A stretch of 64,000 nt of DNA from an uncultured Gammaproteobacteria bacterium (lineage in GTDB: Bacteria > Patescibacteriota > Microgenomatia > PFEM01 > JAHIFH01). The position numbers and the translations under genes are program-made. The stretch lies in assembly GCA_964347135.1 (NCBI GenBank), contig CAYFXA010000001.1:7563-71562 (forward strand), in the 5' to 3' direction. Shown piece by piece: positions 9,605 to 20,116 of the stretch (positions within the stretch are counted from its first letter, which is position 1; every line of letters starts with the position of its first letter). Below the pieces are notes generated by a model that saw nothing but the letters and a program-made list of their open reading frames with translations, made no database searches and was not told the origin of the DNA.

Positions 9605-10265
9605 ATGGCCCAAATTCTTATTTTTGGAGACAGTCTTACTTATGGCTGTTGGGATAAAAAAGGAGGATGGGTAAATAGGTTGAGAGATTTTTTGGATAAG
9701 AAAAAACTTCCCAAATATCGCCAGACTCGCCAAATCACGGACATGGATTTGGTTTATTCATTGGGAAGATCTGGTGATGTAACCGATGGTGTTTTGAAAA
9801 GATTCAAATTTGAAACAAAGCAAAGGATTATTGAAGCCAGGGAAACAATAATCATTTTCCAGGTTGGAACAAACGACACTTTCTTTTATAAAGAATATAA
9901 GGATCCTAAAAAAACGCTTAAGAACCACCCCTGAAAAATTTTCTAAAAAAATTCAGAAATTAATCAATGAAGCAAAAGAATTTACTTCAAAAATTGTTTT
10001 TCTTGGTTTAACTCCGGTTGATGAATCAAGTGCCTCACCTTTGCCTTGGGCGAAAAATAAATTCTTCAAAAATGAAAATGTTAAGAAATACGATGAGATC
10101 ATCAAATCCGTTTGCAAAGAAAATAATGTTTATTTTATTGATGTTTTTGAAAAACTAAAAAATGGCGCTAAGTATTTAGAAGACGGGCTCCATCTTAATT
10201 CAAAAGGACATCAGAAGATTTTTGAAATTGTAAAAGATTTCTTGCTAAAAAAGAAGATAATCTGA
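9605..10265 (+). pseudogene. SGNH/GDSL hydrolase interrupted by a +1 frameshift in an A7 homopolymer (or a sequencing error)
   Basis: ORF 9605..9934 carries GDSL blocks I-III ([17 protein letters not shown]). ORF 9864..10265 carries block V (DGLHLNSKGHQ). Removing one A from aaaaaaa at 9908-9914 fuses them in frame. Confidence 0.6.
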
Positions 10266-10286
10266 ATTTAACCAACACCAATTTTT

Positions 10287-11471
10287 TCAAGCCCAACCCA
10301 AAAACATCATAATTCCCAATCCCAAAATAATTATTCCTGCAACTAAATGAAGATAGCGAATGTTTTTGTCTTTCCAACCTGCCACGCTTTCCACGGTGGT
10401 AAAGCCAATATAACAGGCTCCTGTAATAGCCAGCATTGGCAGAACAAAGATTAAATTATAGAGAAGCAACCAGGGAATGGTCTCTATTAAATCAAGAGAG
10501 CACAAGATTCCTCCACAAATAACATAAGGGCCAATAGTACAAGGCAACAAGAAAAGAGTTACTAGAGCACCAACAACAAACGCTCCTTTGGGACTGGTTA
10601 CTTTAAAGAAGAATTTCTGTAATTTGGGTCGCAGAAACATGGGCATTTCAGTTAAAAATCCGCCGGGTTTGTAGCGAATAAAATCTTTAAGATTTAAAAT
10701 TCCCAAAATAATGGCTGCTAATCCCAATATTCTATAAAGCCAAAGTTTAATACTCGTTAAAGCCTGAATCAATTGAAAAAATCGAATAATAACTAAACCG
10801 TAAAAGAAATACATCACAAAAACCGCTGAAGTAAATGCCAAGCCAGCTAGCAAAATGTTATAACGCTTTTTGGGGGCAAAAGCCAAAATGGCAAAGAGCA
10901 TCATAATCAGAACCGCTAAAGCACAGGGATTAACAGCATCAACGATTGCTAGAGAAACAACTTTAGGAAGAGTTAATTCTGTTTGAACCACCTCGCTTGA
11001 AACTTTCTCACTTGAAGATTCTGGCAAAATTTTTGGCTTTCCTGACAATTTAGAAAAATCAAGCTCTTCAAAATCAACAACCGTTCCATCTGCCAAAGGG
11101 CAAGGATTGCCTTTTTTTTCTTCAAGTTTCTTTTCAATATTTTCCAGAATCGGCGTGTCACCAATGAGAAAGTCATCTTTACCAAAAATAATCAAAGGAA
11201 TGCCTAAACCAGAGCCATAGACATCGTTGTACTCATAAAGTAAAGGGGCATTTTCTCGCTCTTGATAAATTTCGTATTCAATAATCACTAAATCAGGATA
11301 TTTTTCCGGTAATTCTTCTAGAAGAACTGGGTCAACCTTGGCACAATGAGGACAACCAATGCCAGTGAAATAAACTACGCAAGTTGACTGCTCATTGACT
11401 GCTAAACTCGAAGATGAAAAAAAACCTATTAATAGAAGAACTAAGGTTAAAATAGCAATTATTTTCTTCAT
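10287..11471 (-). CDS. thioredoxin-like domain fused to CcdA/DsbD-family membrane thiol-disulfide transporter
   Basis: Signal peptide, thioredoxin CPHC motif (GIGCPHCAK), then a multi-TM domain with conserved Cys pairs (NPCALAV; LLPCTIGPYVICGG) typical of CcdA/DsbD. Confidence 0.65.
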   Translation of the reverse strand: MKKIIAILTLVLLLIGFFSSSSLAVNEQSTCVVYFTGIGCPHCAKVDPVLLEELPEKYPDLVIIEYEIYQERENAPLLYEYNDVYGSGLGIPLIIFGKDDFLIGDTPILENIEKKLEEKKGNPCPLADGTVVDFEELDFSKLSGKPKILPESSSEKVSSEVVQTELTLPKVVSLAIVDAVNPCALAVLIMMLFAILAFAPKKRYNILLAGLAFTSAVFVMYFFYGLVIIRFFQLIQALTSIKLWLYRILGLAAIILGILNLKDFIRYKPGGFLTEMPMFLRPKLQKFFFKVTSPKGAFVVGALVTLFLLPCTIGPYVICGGILCSLDLIETIPWLLLYNLIFVLPMLAITGACYIGFTTVESVAGWKDKNIRYLHLVAGIIILGLGIMMFLGWA

Positions 11472-11477
11472 AAAAGA

Positions 11478-12326
11478 TTATCTTTTCGGTGATTGCTTTT
11501 TCTTCCAAGCAAAGAAGCTTACTGCACCTATTACCATAACAACCAATAGTAAAGCAAGGGTTTTCCCCTTATCAGCCAATATCCCTTCTGGCCTGAGTGT
11601 CGGCGATGGTGTAGGTTTTGGAGTGGGAGTAATATCAGGTAAAGGAGAAGGGGTTGGTTTGATTGTTGCTCTCGGACTAGGAGAAGGCGTTGGTGATGGT
11701 TCGGGAGTTGGCGTGGGTAATGGAGTCGGTGGAAGATGGTAAGACACTATAAGTTTAGGGTGAGAATTAGTGTCGCCATTCTGGCGAGAAGCAAATAGCT
11801 TCCGGCATTCGTCAGTGGCAAACATAACTACACCGTAATTGTGAAATTTCTCACTATGCCATTCTGAAACGAGTTGAGTAACATCCCAGTTATAAGACCT
11901 CTGGTCCACAATGTAAGCGATATCATAAATTATTCCTGTGTTACTATAACCCAAACTAAAATAGTTTTCGTATTCATTCCAGGCATCTCCTTGACGTTGA
12001 ACTTGGACACTGCAATTGTCTGTGTGATTTTCGAGAAGAACAAGGGAAAGAGTGGCTTTGTCGATAATTGCATTTTGAGGAAGCGAATTAAGATCAAAAA
12101 TTATGTAAACGTAACTCCTATAAGTAATCGTTTCCGTTTTTACATTTTCAATAAGAAGGACGTCTTCAAATCCGTGGCTCTCTCCACCACCAGGTTTTAT
12201 GTAGGTATCTCGGAGGGGAAAGAAAGTTAACTCTAAAGCAGATATTTTTTTAGGATGGCAAACCAAGAAAGCTAAAAAAAGAAGTCCAAAACAAAATATT
12301 CCTAAGAAAAACTTTCGCATACTCAA
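11478..12326 (-). CDS. secreted/anchored hypothetical protein with Pro/Thr-rich linker and C-terminal TM plus basic tail
   Basis: N-terminal signal/TM, about 190-aa domain, (PT/PS)n linker, then [11 protein letters not shown], a hydrophobic 20-mer and KKKQSPKR. Confidence 0.5.
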   Translation of the reverse strand: MSMRKFFLGIFCFGLLFLAFLVCHPKKISALELTFFPLRDTYIKPGGGESHGFEDVLLIENVKTETITYRSYVYIIFDLNSLPQNAIIDKATLSLVLLENHTDNCSVQVQRQGDAWNEYENYFSLGYSNTGIIYDIAYIVDQRSYNWDVTQLVSEWHSEKFHNYGVVMFATDECRKLFASRQNGDTNSHPKLIVSYHLPPTPLPTPTPEPSPTPSPSPRATIKPTPSPLPDITPTPKPTPSPTLRPEGILADKGKTLALLLVVMVIGAVSFFAWKKKQSPKR

Positions 12327-12355
12327 TAATTAGATTATAGCATCTGTTTTAAGTT

Positions 12356-12799
12356 TTATCTTTTCGGAGATTGTTTCTTGGCTCTTGCCTTTTGGGCATA
12401 GCCTGCTTTACGCCGTTCCTTCATTCGTGGGTCACGGGTTAATAAACCAGCTTTTTTTAAGGGAAGATGGTAAGCTTCAGGATTTTCTTTGTCTAGGGCT
12501 CTAGCCAAGCCATGAGTAACAGCGCCTAATTGACCATTTTTACCTGAACCCCCAACTTTAATGGTGGCATAATACTTGCCTTCGGTTTCAGTTAGTTGAA
12601 AGGGTTTTGAATAAACGATTCTGTTAACCTCTCCTGGAAAATATTTGCTAATTGGCTGTTCATTAACAACCAAATCTCCTTTTCCTTTAAACAGCCTTAT
12701 TCGAGCAGTGGCAGATTTTCGCCGACCAACAGCATAGGTATAAGACTTTTTCCGCCCTCTTTTAATTTTTTTCTTTTCTGTTTTTTTCTTTTTAGCCAT
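12356..12799 (-). CDS. rpsI: 30S ribosomal protein S9
   Basis: S9 core and C-terminal ...RRKAGYAQKARAKKQSPKR. Start at MAKKKK (12799). Confidence 0.85.
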   Translation of the reverse strand: MAKKKKTEKKKIKRGRKKSYTYAVGRRKSATARIRLFKGKGDLVVNEQPISKYFPGEVNRIVYSKPFQLTETEGKYYATIKVGGSGKNGQLGAVTHGLARALDKENPEAYHLPLKKAGLLTRDPRMKERRKAGYAQKARAKKQSPKR

Positions 12800-13217
12800 T
12801 TTGTTTAAACTTATCTTGATATGGATGTTTGTTGTTAACAAAAACTTTCAATCTCGCTAATCGCCTATCTCTTAATTTATTTTTTGGCAACATACCGGAA
12901 ACAGCATATCTAATTACCTTTCTGGGATCTCGCTTCATCATTTGAGCAAAAGTTAATTCTTTAAAGCCACCAGGATAACCAGAGTGGCGATAGTAAAGCT
13001 TTTGTTTTCTTTTTCGGCCACTTATTTCTATGCCTTCTGCATTAATGACGACCACATAATCACCGCAATCTAAATTGGGTTGGTAATAGACTTTATCCTT
13101 ACCCATGAGAAGTTTGGCAATTTGGGTGGCTTCTCGCCCTAACATTTTGCCTTTAGCATCAACCAAATGCCATTCCCTTTTAATTTCACTTCCTTTGGTT
13201 ACTTTTGTTTTTTTCAT
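12792..13217 (-). CDS. rplM: 50S ribosomal protein L13
   Basis: L13 family sequence (HSGYPGG, TPLK-like). Confidence 0.9.
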   Translation of the reverse strand: MKKTKVTKGSEIKREWHLVDAKGKMLGREATQIAKLLMGKDKVYYQPNLDCGDYVVVINAEGIEISGRKRKQKLYYRHSGYPGGFKELTFAQMMKRDPRKVIRYAVSGMLPKNKLRDRRLARLKVFVNNKHPYQDKFKQNG

Positions 13218-13623
13218 TTTTCTTTTTCTTCTTAGCTTTCTTTTTAACTGGTTTCTCCTCTGCTCCTGGTTTTTCCACCAATTCTAATTTCACCATCATC
13301 GCATCATCACCTTTTCGTTTTCCCAAGCGAATCATTCGGGTAAAACCACCGGGCCTGTCTTTAACTTTGGGAGCAATTTCATCAACCAATTTGTTAACCG
13401 CTTTTTTATTATTAAGAAAAGCAGCCACAATCCTTCGAGCTTGAAGAGTACCTGATTTTCCTTTGGTCACTAAACGGTCAAAAAGCCGACGGATGGCTTT
13501 AGCTTTACTCTCTGTTGTTTTAATTTCTCCATGTAAAATTAAAGCGCTGAGTAAATTTCTAAACAGCGCTTTGCGATGGCTTCGACTTCGAGCCAACTTT
13601 TTGCCAGCGACCCGGTGTCTCAT
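13186..13623 (-). CDS. rplQ: 50S ribosomal protein L17 (Lys-rich C-terminal extension)
   Basis: MRHRVAGKKL...; C-terminal KKKAKKKKKNEKNK tail. Confidence 0.9.
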   Translation of the reverse strand: MRHRVAGKKLARSRSHRKALFRNLLSALILHGEIKTTESKAKAIRRLFDRLVTKGKSGTLQARRIVAAFLNNKKAVNKLVDEIAPKVKDRPGGFTRMIRLGKRKGDDAMMVKLELVEKPGAEEKPVKKKAKKKKKNEKNKSNQRK

Positions 13624-14540
13624 GATTTCTTCTTTTTCAAACCAACTCCTTTTTGGGATAAAGCTGCCTCAACAACTTTAATCGATTTTTCTCCCAAATT
13701 CTTTACCTTAGCCAAATCAGTTTCAGTTGCCGCTACTAATTCAGCGACCGTGCCATAACCCCCTTTGCGCAAAGCGTTAGCGATTCTGGTTGGTAATTCA
13801 AGTTCTTCAACGGTCAGTCTTAAAGTTAAATCAGGAACTTCAATCTTTGGTTCCTTTTTCTTAGGAATTCTCTTGGGTTCATATACTTGGTGAAAATAGC
13901 CTATCAAAATTTTTGCTGCCTGCTTCAGTGCTTGGCTTGGCTTCAAACTGCCATCAGTAATGATTTCTAAAACCAGTCTATCTAAATTAGTTCGCCGACC
14001 AACACGGGTAGCTTCAACCCGATAATTAACTTGAACCACGGGACTGAAAATCGCATCAATCGGAATTTCACCTAATTTTTCAACTTCCCGTTCTTCAGCT
14101 GGCAAGTAGCCATAACCAGACTCAACTAAAATATCGGCTTTAAGGCGATTTTTTTTGGTCGCCAAGTTGCCAATTACTAAATCTGGATTGGCAATTTCCA
14201 CTTTAGCCGGTGTTTTAATGTCTCCTGCCTTAACTGCACCTGGCCCAGTTTTCTCCAAAGTTAGTTTAACTGGTTTTTTCCCGTCATAACTAACTTTCAC
14301 TTGTTTGAGATTAAGAATAATCTCAACAATATCCTCTTTTAACCCCTCTAAAGTTGAAAATTTATGCTTGACTCCTGTTATCTTAATCTGGCTAATTGCT
14401 GCTCCTGGCAAAGCCGAAAGCAAAACTCGTCGCAAAGCATTACCCAAAGTATGACCAAATCCTGGTTCAAGAGGCTCAATCACAAAATGACCGAAATCCT
14501 TGGTTTCTTTTTCTTTTTTAATTCGAAATAAAGGCTCCAT
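13620..14540 (-). CDS. rpoA: DNA-directed RNA polymerase subunit alpha
   Basis: N-terminal dimerisation domain and C-terminal domain. Confidence 0.9.
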   Translation of the reverse strand: MEPLFRIKKEKETKDFGHFVIEPLEPGFGHTLGNALRRVLLSALPGAAISQIKITGVKHKFSTLEGLKEDIVEIILNLKQVKVSYDGKKPVKLTLEKTGPGAVKAGDIKTPAKVEIANPDLVIGNLATKKNRLKADILVESGYGYLPAEEREVEKLGEIPIDAIFSPVVQVNYRVEATRVGRRTNLDRLVLEIITDGSLKPSQALKQAAKILIGYFHQVYEPKRIPKKKEPKIEVPDLTLRLTVEELELPTRIANALRKGGYGTVAELVAATETDLAKVKNLGEKSIKVVEAALSQKGVGLKKKKS

Positions 14541-14550
14541 TATCGACCTC

Positions 14551-15174
14551 CTATCTAGAATAGTATTCTACAATTAACTTATCATCAATACCCGATTCTA
14601 TCTCTTCTCTTTCTGGCAGACGAATCATTTTACCAATTGGACCTTTTCTTTGCAACCATTTAGGCGTATTTTTTATCCTGTCTGCCCAGTTTTTTTCAAC
14701 CGCTGGTATTTTCATTGCTTTATCACCCAAACGAACGGTGTCTTCGGGCTTAACTTGATAGGAAGCAATGTTTACCCGCTTATCATTAACATAAACATGA
14801 CCATGACTGACTAATTGCCTGGCCACTGACCGAGAGGGAGCCAAGCCTAACCGGTAAACAATATTATCTAATCTCGATTCAAGAAGTTGAAAAAGAACTT
14901 CGCCAGTTGCTTGAGGATTTTTGGCGGCCTTTTCAACATAACGACGAAACTGTTTTTCCAAAACACCATAAAGCCTTTTTGCCTTTTGTTTTTCTCTTAA
15001 TTGATTGCCATATTCACTCAATCTTCTTCTTCCTCTCGGACCATGCTGTCCAGGGGGAACGCCTCCTTTTCTTTCAATAGGACATTTGGGTGAAAAACAA
15101 CGCTCACCCTTTAAAAAAAGTTTAATCCCTTCTCGCCGGCAAAGCCGACATTTGGCATCAGTATATCTTGCCAT
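14551..15174 (-). CDS. rpsD: 30S ribosomal protein S4
   Basis: MARYTDAKCRLCRREG zinc-finger-type S4. Confidence 0.9.
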   Translation of the reverse strand: MARYTDAKCRLCRREGIKLFLKGERCFSPKCPIERKGGVPPGQHGPRGRRRLSEYGNQLREKQKAKRLYGVLEKQFRRYVEKAAKNPQATGEVLFQLLESRLDNIVYRLGLAPSRSVARQLVSHGHVYVNDKRVNIASYQVKPEDTVRLGDKAMKIPAVEKNWADRIKNTPKWLQRKGPIGKMIRLPEREEIESGIDDKLIVEYYSR

Positions 15175-15579
15175 CTAAACTCTCCTTTTCTTTCTTGGTC
15201 TGGGACCGTTGTGAGGAATGGGAGTAACGTCAGCAATTAAACTCATCTTAATTCCTGTGGATCTTAAAGCCCTTAGAGCCGAATCTCTGCCCGGACCAGG
15301 ACCTTTAATGTAAACTTCAACTTCTCTTATTCCCTGAGCCAAAGCTTTTTTAGCCGCGGCTTCAACCGTACTCACTGCCGCAAAAGGAGTTGATTTCCTT
15401 GCTCCTTTAAATCCCACTTCGCCTGAACTTCCCCAACAAATAGTATTACCTTCTAAATCAGTAAAAGTAATAATCGTATTATTAAAAGTGGCTTGAATAA
15501 AAGCTTTTGCCTTAGCCACTTGCTTCGGTTCTTTTTTTATTTTCTTTGCTTTGGTTTTTTTAGTCTTCGGTTTAGCCAT
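15175..15579 (-). CDS. rpsK: 30S ribosomal protein S11
   Basis: S11 family. Confidence 0.9.
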   Translation of the reverse strand: MAKPKTKKTKAKKIKKEPKQVAKAKAFIQATFNNTIITFTDLEGNTICWGSSGEVGFKGARKSTPFAAVSTVEAAAKKALAQGIREVEVYIKGPGPGRDSALRALRSTGIKMSLIADVTPIPHNGPRPRKKRRV

Positions 15580-15585
15580 ATTTCT

Positions 15586-16023
15586 TTATTTCTTGGCTTC
15601 CTTTTCCTCTTTTTCCTTGGGTTCCCGGGTAGCAATGCCAAGTTTAGTTAAATCTTTTTTCCTCATTGCCCCAACCGTCCTTCGTCTTCCTCTTTTTGTT
15701 CGAGCATTTGACCGAGTTCTTTGTCCACGAGAAGGTAAACCTTGAGCATGTCTAATCCCTCGATAACTTGCTGTTGTTTTTAACTGCTTAATGTTTTCCT
15801 TAACTATACTTCTCAGTTCTCCTTCGGTCGGAAGTTTGTCAATTGCTTTTTGCAAACGGGTTACTTCTTCACTGGTCAAATCTTTTATCCTTTTATTGGG
15901 ATCAACTTTAGTTTCCTCTAAAATACCTTGGACATTTTTTCGACCAACACCATAAATTACGGTTAAACCGATATCAACTTTCTTTTCAACTGGTAAATCA
16001 ACTCCAGCAATCCTGACTGCCAT
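15586..16023 (-). CDS. rpsM: 30S ribosomal protein S13
   Basis: MAVRIAGVDLP... Confidence 0.9.
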   Translation of the reverse strand: MAVRIAGVDLPVEKKVDIGLTVIYGVGRKNVQGILEETKVDPNKRIKDLTSEEVTRLQKAIDKLPTEGELRSIVKENIKQLKTTASYRGIRHAQGLPSRGQRTRSNARTKRGRRRTVGAMRKKDLTKLGIATREPKEKEEKEAKK

Positions 16024-16026
16024 GAT

Positions 16027-16140
16027 TATCCTTGCCTTTGTTTATGGCGGGGATTAGAACAAATAACATAAACTCGCCCCCGTCGGCGAACAATTTTACA
16101 ATTTTTACAACGCTTTTTTACTGATGCTTTTACTTTCATC
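16027..16140 (-). CDS. rpmJ: 50S ribosomal protein L36
   Basis: Not in ORF track (37 aa). Minus-strand translation is [37 protein letters not shown], with the C-x2-C-x12-C-x4-H zinc ribbon. Confidence 0.85.
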
Positions 16141-16150
16141 TCTTTTTCCT

Positions 16151-16369
16151 TTATTTCTCCCGATAAACAATTCTGCCTCTAGTTTCATCATGGGGTGTTA
16201 ACTCCACTTTTACCTTATCTCCAGGCATGACTTTAATATAATGCATTCTCATCTTGCCCGAGAGATGACATAAAAGCTTTCGACCGTCTTTGAGTTCTAC
16301 TCTAAAAGTGGTGTTGGGCAAGGCCTCGGTTACCATCCCCACAACTTCTTCTTTTTTCTGTTTTATCAT
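16151..16369 (-). CDS. infA: translation initiation factor IF-1
   Basis: 72-aa S1-like OB fold protein. Confidence 0.9.
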   Translation of the reverse strand: MIKQKKEEVVGMVTEALPNTTFRVELKDGRKLLCHLSGKMRMHYIKVMPGDKVKVELTPHDETRGRIVYREK

Positions 16370-16424
16370 CTATTGTAAATTCTACCAAAAATTGAACTTA
16401 TTCTCAAGCGTAAATAGGCACAGC

Positions 16425-17168
16425 CTATGACTGGGTTAGGTTCAATGGTCCTCTTTTTGTAACCGCTACCGTATCTTCAAAAAGTCCTGCTAACTGACCA
16501 TCAGCGGTCTCCACTGTCCAACCATCGTCATTAACTACCATCTCATATTTCCCTTTTGTATAAATCACTTCAATGGCAAGAACCATCCCTGGTTTTAATT
16601 TTTCGGTTGCAGCAATTTCTCCCTTCAAAAAACAAGGAATTTGGGGCGACTCGTGAAGTTTTCTACCAACACCATGACCAACCAGGGCGCGAATTGGTTG
16701 AAAACCATGCTTTTTAATTTCTTTTTCCATTGCTTGAGAAATGTGGCCCACTCGATTACCTGGCAGAGCCGCGTCAACGGCTTTAGCCAAGGCTTTTCTT
16801 CCAGCTATCAGAAACCTTTCGCTTTGGTCTTTTCTTCCAACCCTAATTGTCTCTGCCTTATCGGTATGAAAACCTTGGTAAAACATGCCGATATCAATGC
16901 TAAGAATATCACCTGCTTTTAACTGATAATCGGCTGGTACTCCATGAACCACGCCCTGATTAACGTTAAGACAACTTGCCCAATAATAGCCTTCAACCAT
17001 TTTAAAGGAAGGCCTGCCTTTTTGTTTTTTAATGAGCCTTTCAATAAGATAATCAATTTCCTTTAAACTCATCCCTGGCTCTATCTTGAGTTGTTTGAAA
17101 ACCCAAGCTAATTTCCTGCCTCCTTGTTGCATCACTTCAATTTCTTCAGCTGACTTTATGGGAATCAT
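16425..17168 (-). CDS. map: methionine aminopeptidase type I
   Basis: Pita-bread fold metal ligands (D, D, H, E, E); 247 aa. Confidence 0.9.
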   Translation of the reverse strand: MIPIKSAEEIEVMQQGGRKLAWVFKQLKIEPGMSLKEIDYLIERLIKKQKGRPSFKMVEGYYWASCLNVNQGVVHGVPADYQLKAGDILSIDIGMFYQGFHTDKAETIRVGRKDQSERFLIAGRKALAKAVDAALPGNRVGHISQAMEKEIKKHGFQPIRALVGHGVGRKLHESPQIPCFLKGEIAATEKLKPGMVLAIEVIYTKGKYEMVVNDDGWTVETADGQLAGLFEDTVAVTKRGPLNLTQS

Positions 17169-17812
17169 TGCTTCAACCGAGCCATAATATCCTGGTGAAT
17201 AGCCCTGATTGATCTTTCACCATCAACCTCCATAAGGATTCCTTTTCGACGAACATAATTTATCAAGGGCTCAGTTAGTTGATGGTAAACTTTAAGCCTT
17301 TTTTTAACTACCTCTGGCTTGTCATCTTTGCGTTGATTCAATTTAACCTGACACTGATCACAAAGTTGATTTTTTCGAGGCGGTTTGGTTATCAAGTTGT
17401 ATTCAGCATCACATTGTGAACAAACTCGTCGGGAGTCAATTCGTTTAACAGAAGTATCATCGCTAACATCTAAATAAATCACTTTGTCTATTTTCATTCC
17501 TCTTGCTTCCAACATTTCCTCTAAATCCTGATATTGACTTAATTTGCGAGGATAACCATCAAAAACAATTCCTTTTAACGCCTCCCTTTTATCCAACCAG
17601 TCGCTAGCAACTTTTTTAATAATGGCATCGGATACTAAAACTCCTTTTTGGTGCATAATTCGGTCAATTTTTTTACCAAAAGGTGTTTTCTCTTTCACTA
17701 TTTCTCTTAAAACATCGCCCATCTCAAGATAGGCAAGTTGCAATTTTTTTGCTAAAAGTTCAGCTTGGGTCCCTTTTCCTGACGCCGGCTGGCCTAAGAT
17801 AATGATATTCAT
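17165..17812 (-). CDS. adk: adenylate kinase (zinc-lid type)
   Basis: P-loop [10 protein letters not shown]; lid with CSQC...CDQC. Confidence 0.9.
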   Translation of the reverse strand: MNIIILGQPASGKGTQAELLAKKLQLAYLEMGDVLREIVKEKTPFGKKIDRIMHQKGVLVSDAIIKKVASDWLDKREALKGIVFDGYPRKLSQYQDLEEMLEARGMKIDKVIYLDVSDDTSVKRIDSRRVCSQCDAEYNLITKPPRKNQLCDQCQVKLNQRKDDKPEVVKKRLKVYHQLTEPLINYVRRKGILMEVDGERSIRAIHQDIMARLKQ

Positions 17813-19095
17813 CGCAAAAATCCTTCGTAACTCCTCATTGTCATCATCGCCTCTAACTGACGAGTGGTTTCCAAAATAACGGAAACAACAATAAGAATGC
17901 TCGTCCCGCCAATGGTTAAAGTGGCGATTCCCGTTAAGCCTTGAGCAATTGACGGCAAAATGGCAATCAAACCCAAGAAAATCGCACCAGCTAAAGTAAT
18001 TCTGTTTAAAATGCGGTTCAAATAGTTCGCCGTTGGTTGACCGGGTCGAATACCGGGAATAAAACCACCATATTTTCTAATTTCCTCAGCAATTTTATCG
18101 GGGTTAAAAACCACGGCCGTATAAAAATAAGTAAAGCCAACCACAAGAAAGAAATAAGTCAAATTGTAGATGGCTCCACCGGGTTGGAAAACATTTGCCA
18201 AACTGGTCGCTATTTTAGCCACGGTTGGTTGAGGAACACCTTGCAAAAAACTGCCCAACATTGAGGGCAAAAGAATCAAAGAAACAGCAAAAATAATGGG
18301 AATCACTCCCGCCTGATTAATTTTAAGAGGCAAATAGGTAGATTGACCGCCATAAATTTTTCTTCCTCGAACTCGACGAGCATATTGAATTCTAATTTTT
18401 CGACTTGACTCATCAACAACAACAATGGCAGTAATAACCGACAAAGCCATTACCAAAAAGACAATCAAATTAAACAAATTGCCTGGTTCAAAAATGGCAA
18501 ATGTTTGACCTATTTGAACCGGATAGCGAGAAACAATCCCAGCAAAAATTAACATCGAAATTCCGTTGCCAATCCCGTATTCACTAATTAACTCGCCGAG
18601 CCACATTAGGAAAATTGTTCCAGCAATCATCGTTACCACAAGACTAACTAAATTTAGAGGTGCTAAGGTGCCAATAATCTGTTGATTTCTTAAAAGAGCG
18701 TACATTCCCAAAGACTGAACCCCTGCCAAAGGCACGGTTAAAATTCGGGTGTATTGATTAATTTTTTGTCTTCCGTATTCGCCTTCTTTAGATAATTCTT
18801 CCAACTGGGGAATGACCATGGTGAGTAATTGGAAAATAATCGAGGCGTTAATGTAAGGGTTTAATCCCAAAGCCATAATCGAAAAGTTGGCCAATGTTCC
18901 TCCAGAAAAAATATCCAATAAACCCAATAACTGATTCCGCTCAAACAATTGGCGGAGGGCAACGATATCAACCCCGGCAACGGGAATGTGAGCGGCAAAA
19001 CGAAAAAGAACAAAAATAGCGCCAGTGAATAGAAGCTTCTTTCTTAAATCAGCAATCTTCCAAGCATTAACAATTGTATTTAAAATTCGGTTCAT
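17809..19095 (-). CDS. secY: preprotein translocase subunit SecY
   Basis: 10-TM SecY family. Confidence 0.9.
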   Translation of the reverse strand: MNRILNTIVNAWKIADLRKKLLFTGAIFVLFRFAAHIPVAGVDIVALRQLFERNQLLGLLDIFSGGTLANFSIMALGLNPYINASIIFQLLTMVIPQLEELSKEGEYGRQKINQYTRILTVPLAGVQSLGMYALLRNQQIIGTLAPLNLVSLVVTMIAGTIFLMWLGELISEYGIGNGISMLIFAGIVSRYPVQIGQTFAIFEPGNLFNLIVFLVMALSVITAIVVVDESSRKIRIQYARRVRGRKIYGGQSTYLPLKINQAGVIPIIFAVSLILLPSMLGSFLQGVPQPTVAKIATSLANVFQPGGAIYNLTYFFLVVGFTYFYTAVVFNPDKIAEEIRKYGGFIPGIRPGQPTANYLNRILNRITLAGAIFLGLIAILPSIAQGLTGIATLTIGGTSILIVVSVILETTRQLEAMMTMRSYEGFLR

Positions 19096-19629
19096 TTATT
19101 TTCCTTTCTTTTTAGTTTTCCTTGGTGTTTTTTTCTTGGTTTTTGGCTTCCTTTTTTTAGCAACAACTTTCTTTTTAACTCCAACCACTTTTCCTCCGGC
19201 TTTAGTAATTTTTTTTGCCGCCCCTTTTGAGGTTGGTAACTCGACCGTTAAAGCAACCTTCAAATCACCATCACCTAAAATTTTAACACCTTGTTTTCTA
19301 GCTTCATTTGTAGCAATAATGCCCTTTTTCACTAAAGTAGTTAAATTAACTTTTTCCCCTTTTTTATAAAAATTAAGGTATTTAACATTAACCACTAAAG
19401 GTTTAGGTTTCAAAGACTTAAATTTCCCCTTACCTCGCTGAAGGGGTAATCTTTTAAGAAAAGATTTTTTAGTTTTTGTTCCTTCAAAAGTCAAACCAAC
19501 TTTACCCCGAGCTTTGAGTCCTTTGGCTCCTCGACCAACGGTGTGACCACCTTTTCCTGAACCATACCCTCGACCCACTCTTTTTTTCTTTTTTTTGGTT
19601 GTTTTGGGTAGTTTATTTAATTTAGCCAT
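19096..19629 (-). CDS. rplO: 50S ribosomal protein L15 (Lys-rich C-terminal extension)
   Basis: GRGxGSGKGGH motif; 177 aa. Confidence 0.9.
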   Translation of the reverse strand: MAKLNKLPKTTKKKKKRVGRGYGSGKGGHTVGRGAKGLKARGKVGLTFEGTKTKKSFLKRLPLQRGKGKFKSLKPKPLVVNVKYLNFYKKGEKVNLTTLVKKGIIATNEARKQGVKILGDGDLKVALTVELPTSKGAAKKITKAGGKVVGVKKKVVAKKRKPKTKKKTPRKTKKKGK

Positions 19630-19630
19630 T

Positions 19631-20116
19631 TTACTTTCCTTTATAACTCTTAAGTTGTTTTAAAGCTTCAAGAGTAGCGTAAACATTATTAATCTTATTA
19701 TTACTCCCCATGATTTTAGAAACAATATCTTTAATGCCAGCCGCTTCAACCACCACCCGAACTGCTCCACCTGCTTTAACCCCGGTTCCTGGTGGGGCTG
19801 GCTTTAACAAAATTTTGGCGGCCCCCCGCTTAATTTTAACTTCATGAGGAATGGTTGTTCCTTTCATTGGGACTTGAATCATTTTTCTTCTCGCCTGTCT
19901 AAAACCTTTTTTAATGCCGGAAACAACATCTGGTGCTTTACCTAGGCCAACCCCGACTCTACCTTTTTTATCACCAACAACGGTTAAAACCGAAAAGCTA
20001 ATTCGGTTGCCGCCTTTGGTTTTTTTGGAAACCCGATTAACCTGAACAACCTTCTCCTCAAACTCTTTTTCCTCTTGGTTCTCTTCTGGAATTTTTGGTT
20101 TTGGTTCTTCCGCCAT
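19631..20116 (-). CDS. rpsE: 30S ribosomal protein S5
   Basis: S5 dsRBD plus C-terminal domain. Adjoins rplO with a 1-nt gap, so there is no rpmD between them. Confidence 0.9.
   Translation of the reverse strand: MAEEPKPKIPEENQEEKEFEEKVVQVNRVSKKTKGGNRISFSVLTVVGDKKGRVGVGLGKAPDVVSGIKKGFRQARRKMIQVPMKGTTIPHEVKIKRGAAKILLKPAPPGTGVKAGGAVRVVVEAAGIKDIVSKIMGSNNKINNVYATLEALKQLKSYKGK

Noticed and set aside
8360-9733. Full 457-aa ORF as RecA
   Set aside because: The upstream 98 codons run antisense through the tRNA-Pro gene and its flanks. The RecA homology begins at MARKKK (9439), so the extension is an artefact of the open frame.
11560-11720. Short periodic repeats (ggagttggcgtgggtaatgg...) examined as a possible CRISPR or minisatellite
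   Set aside because: They are the coding sequence of the Pro/Thr linker of the 11478..12326 protein. There is no spacer-repeat periodicity.
13105-13758. Several 60-80-aa plus-strand ORFs across rplM/rplQ/rpoA
   Set aside because: They are antisense to well-supported ribosomal and rpoA genes.
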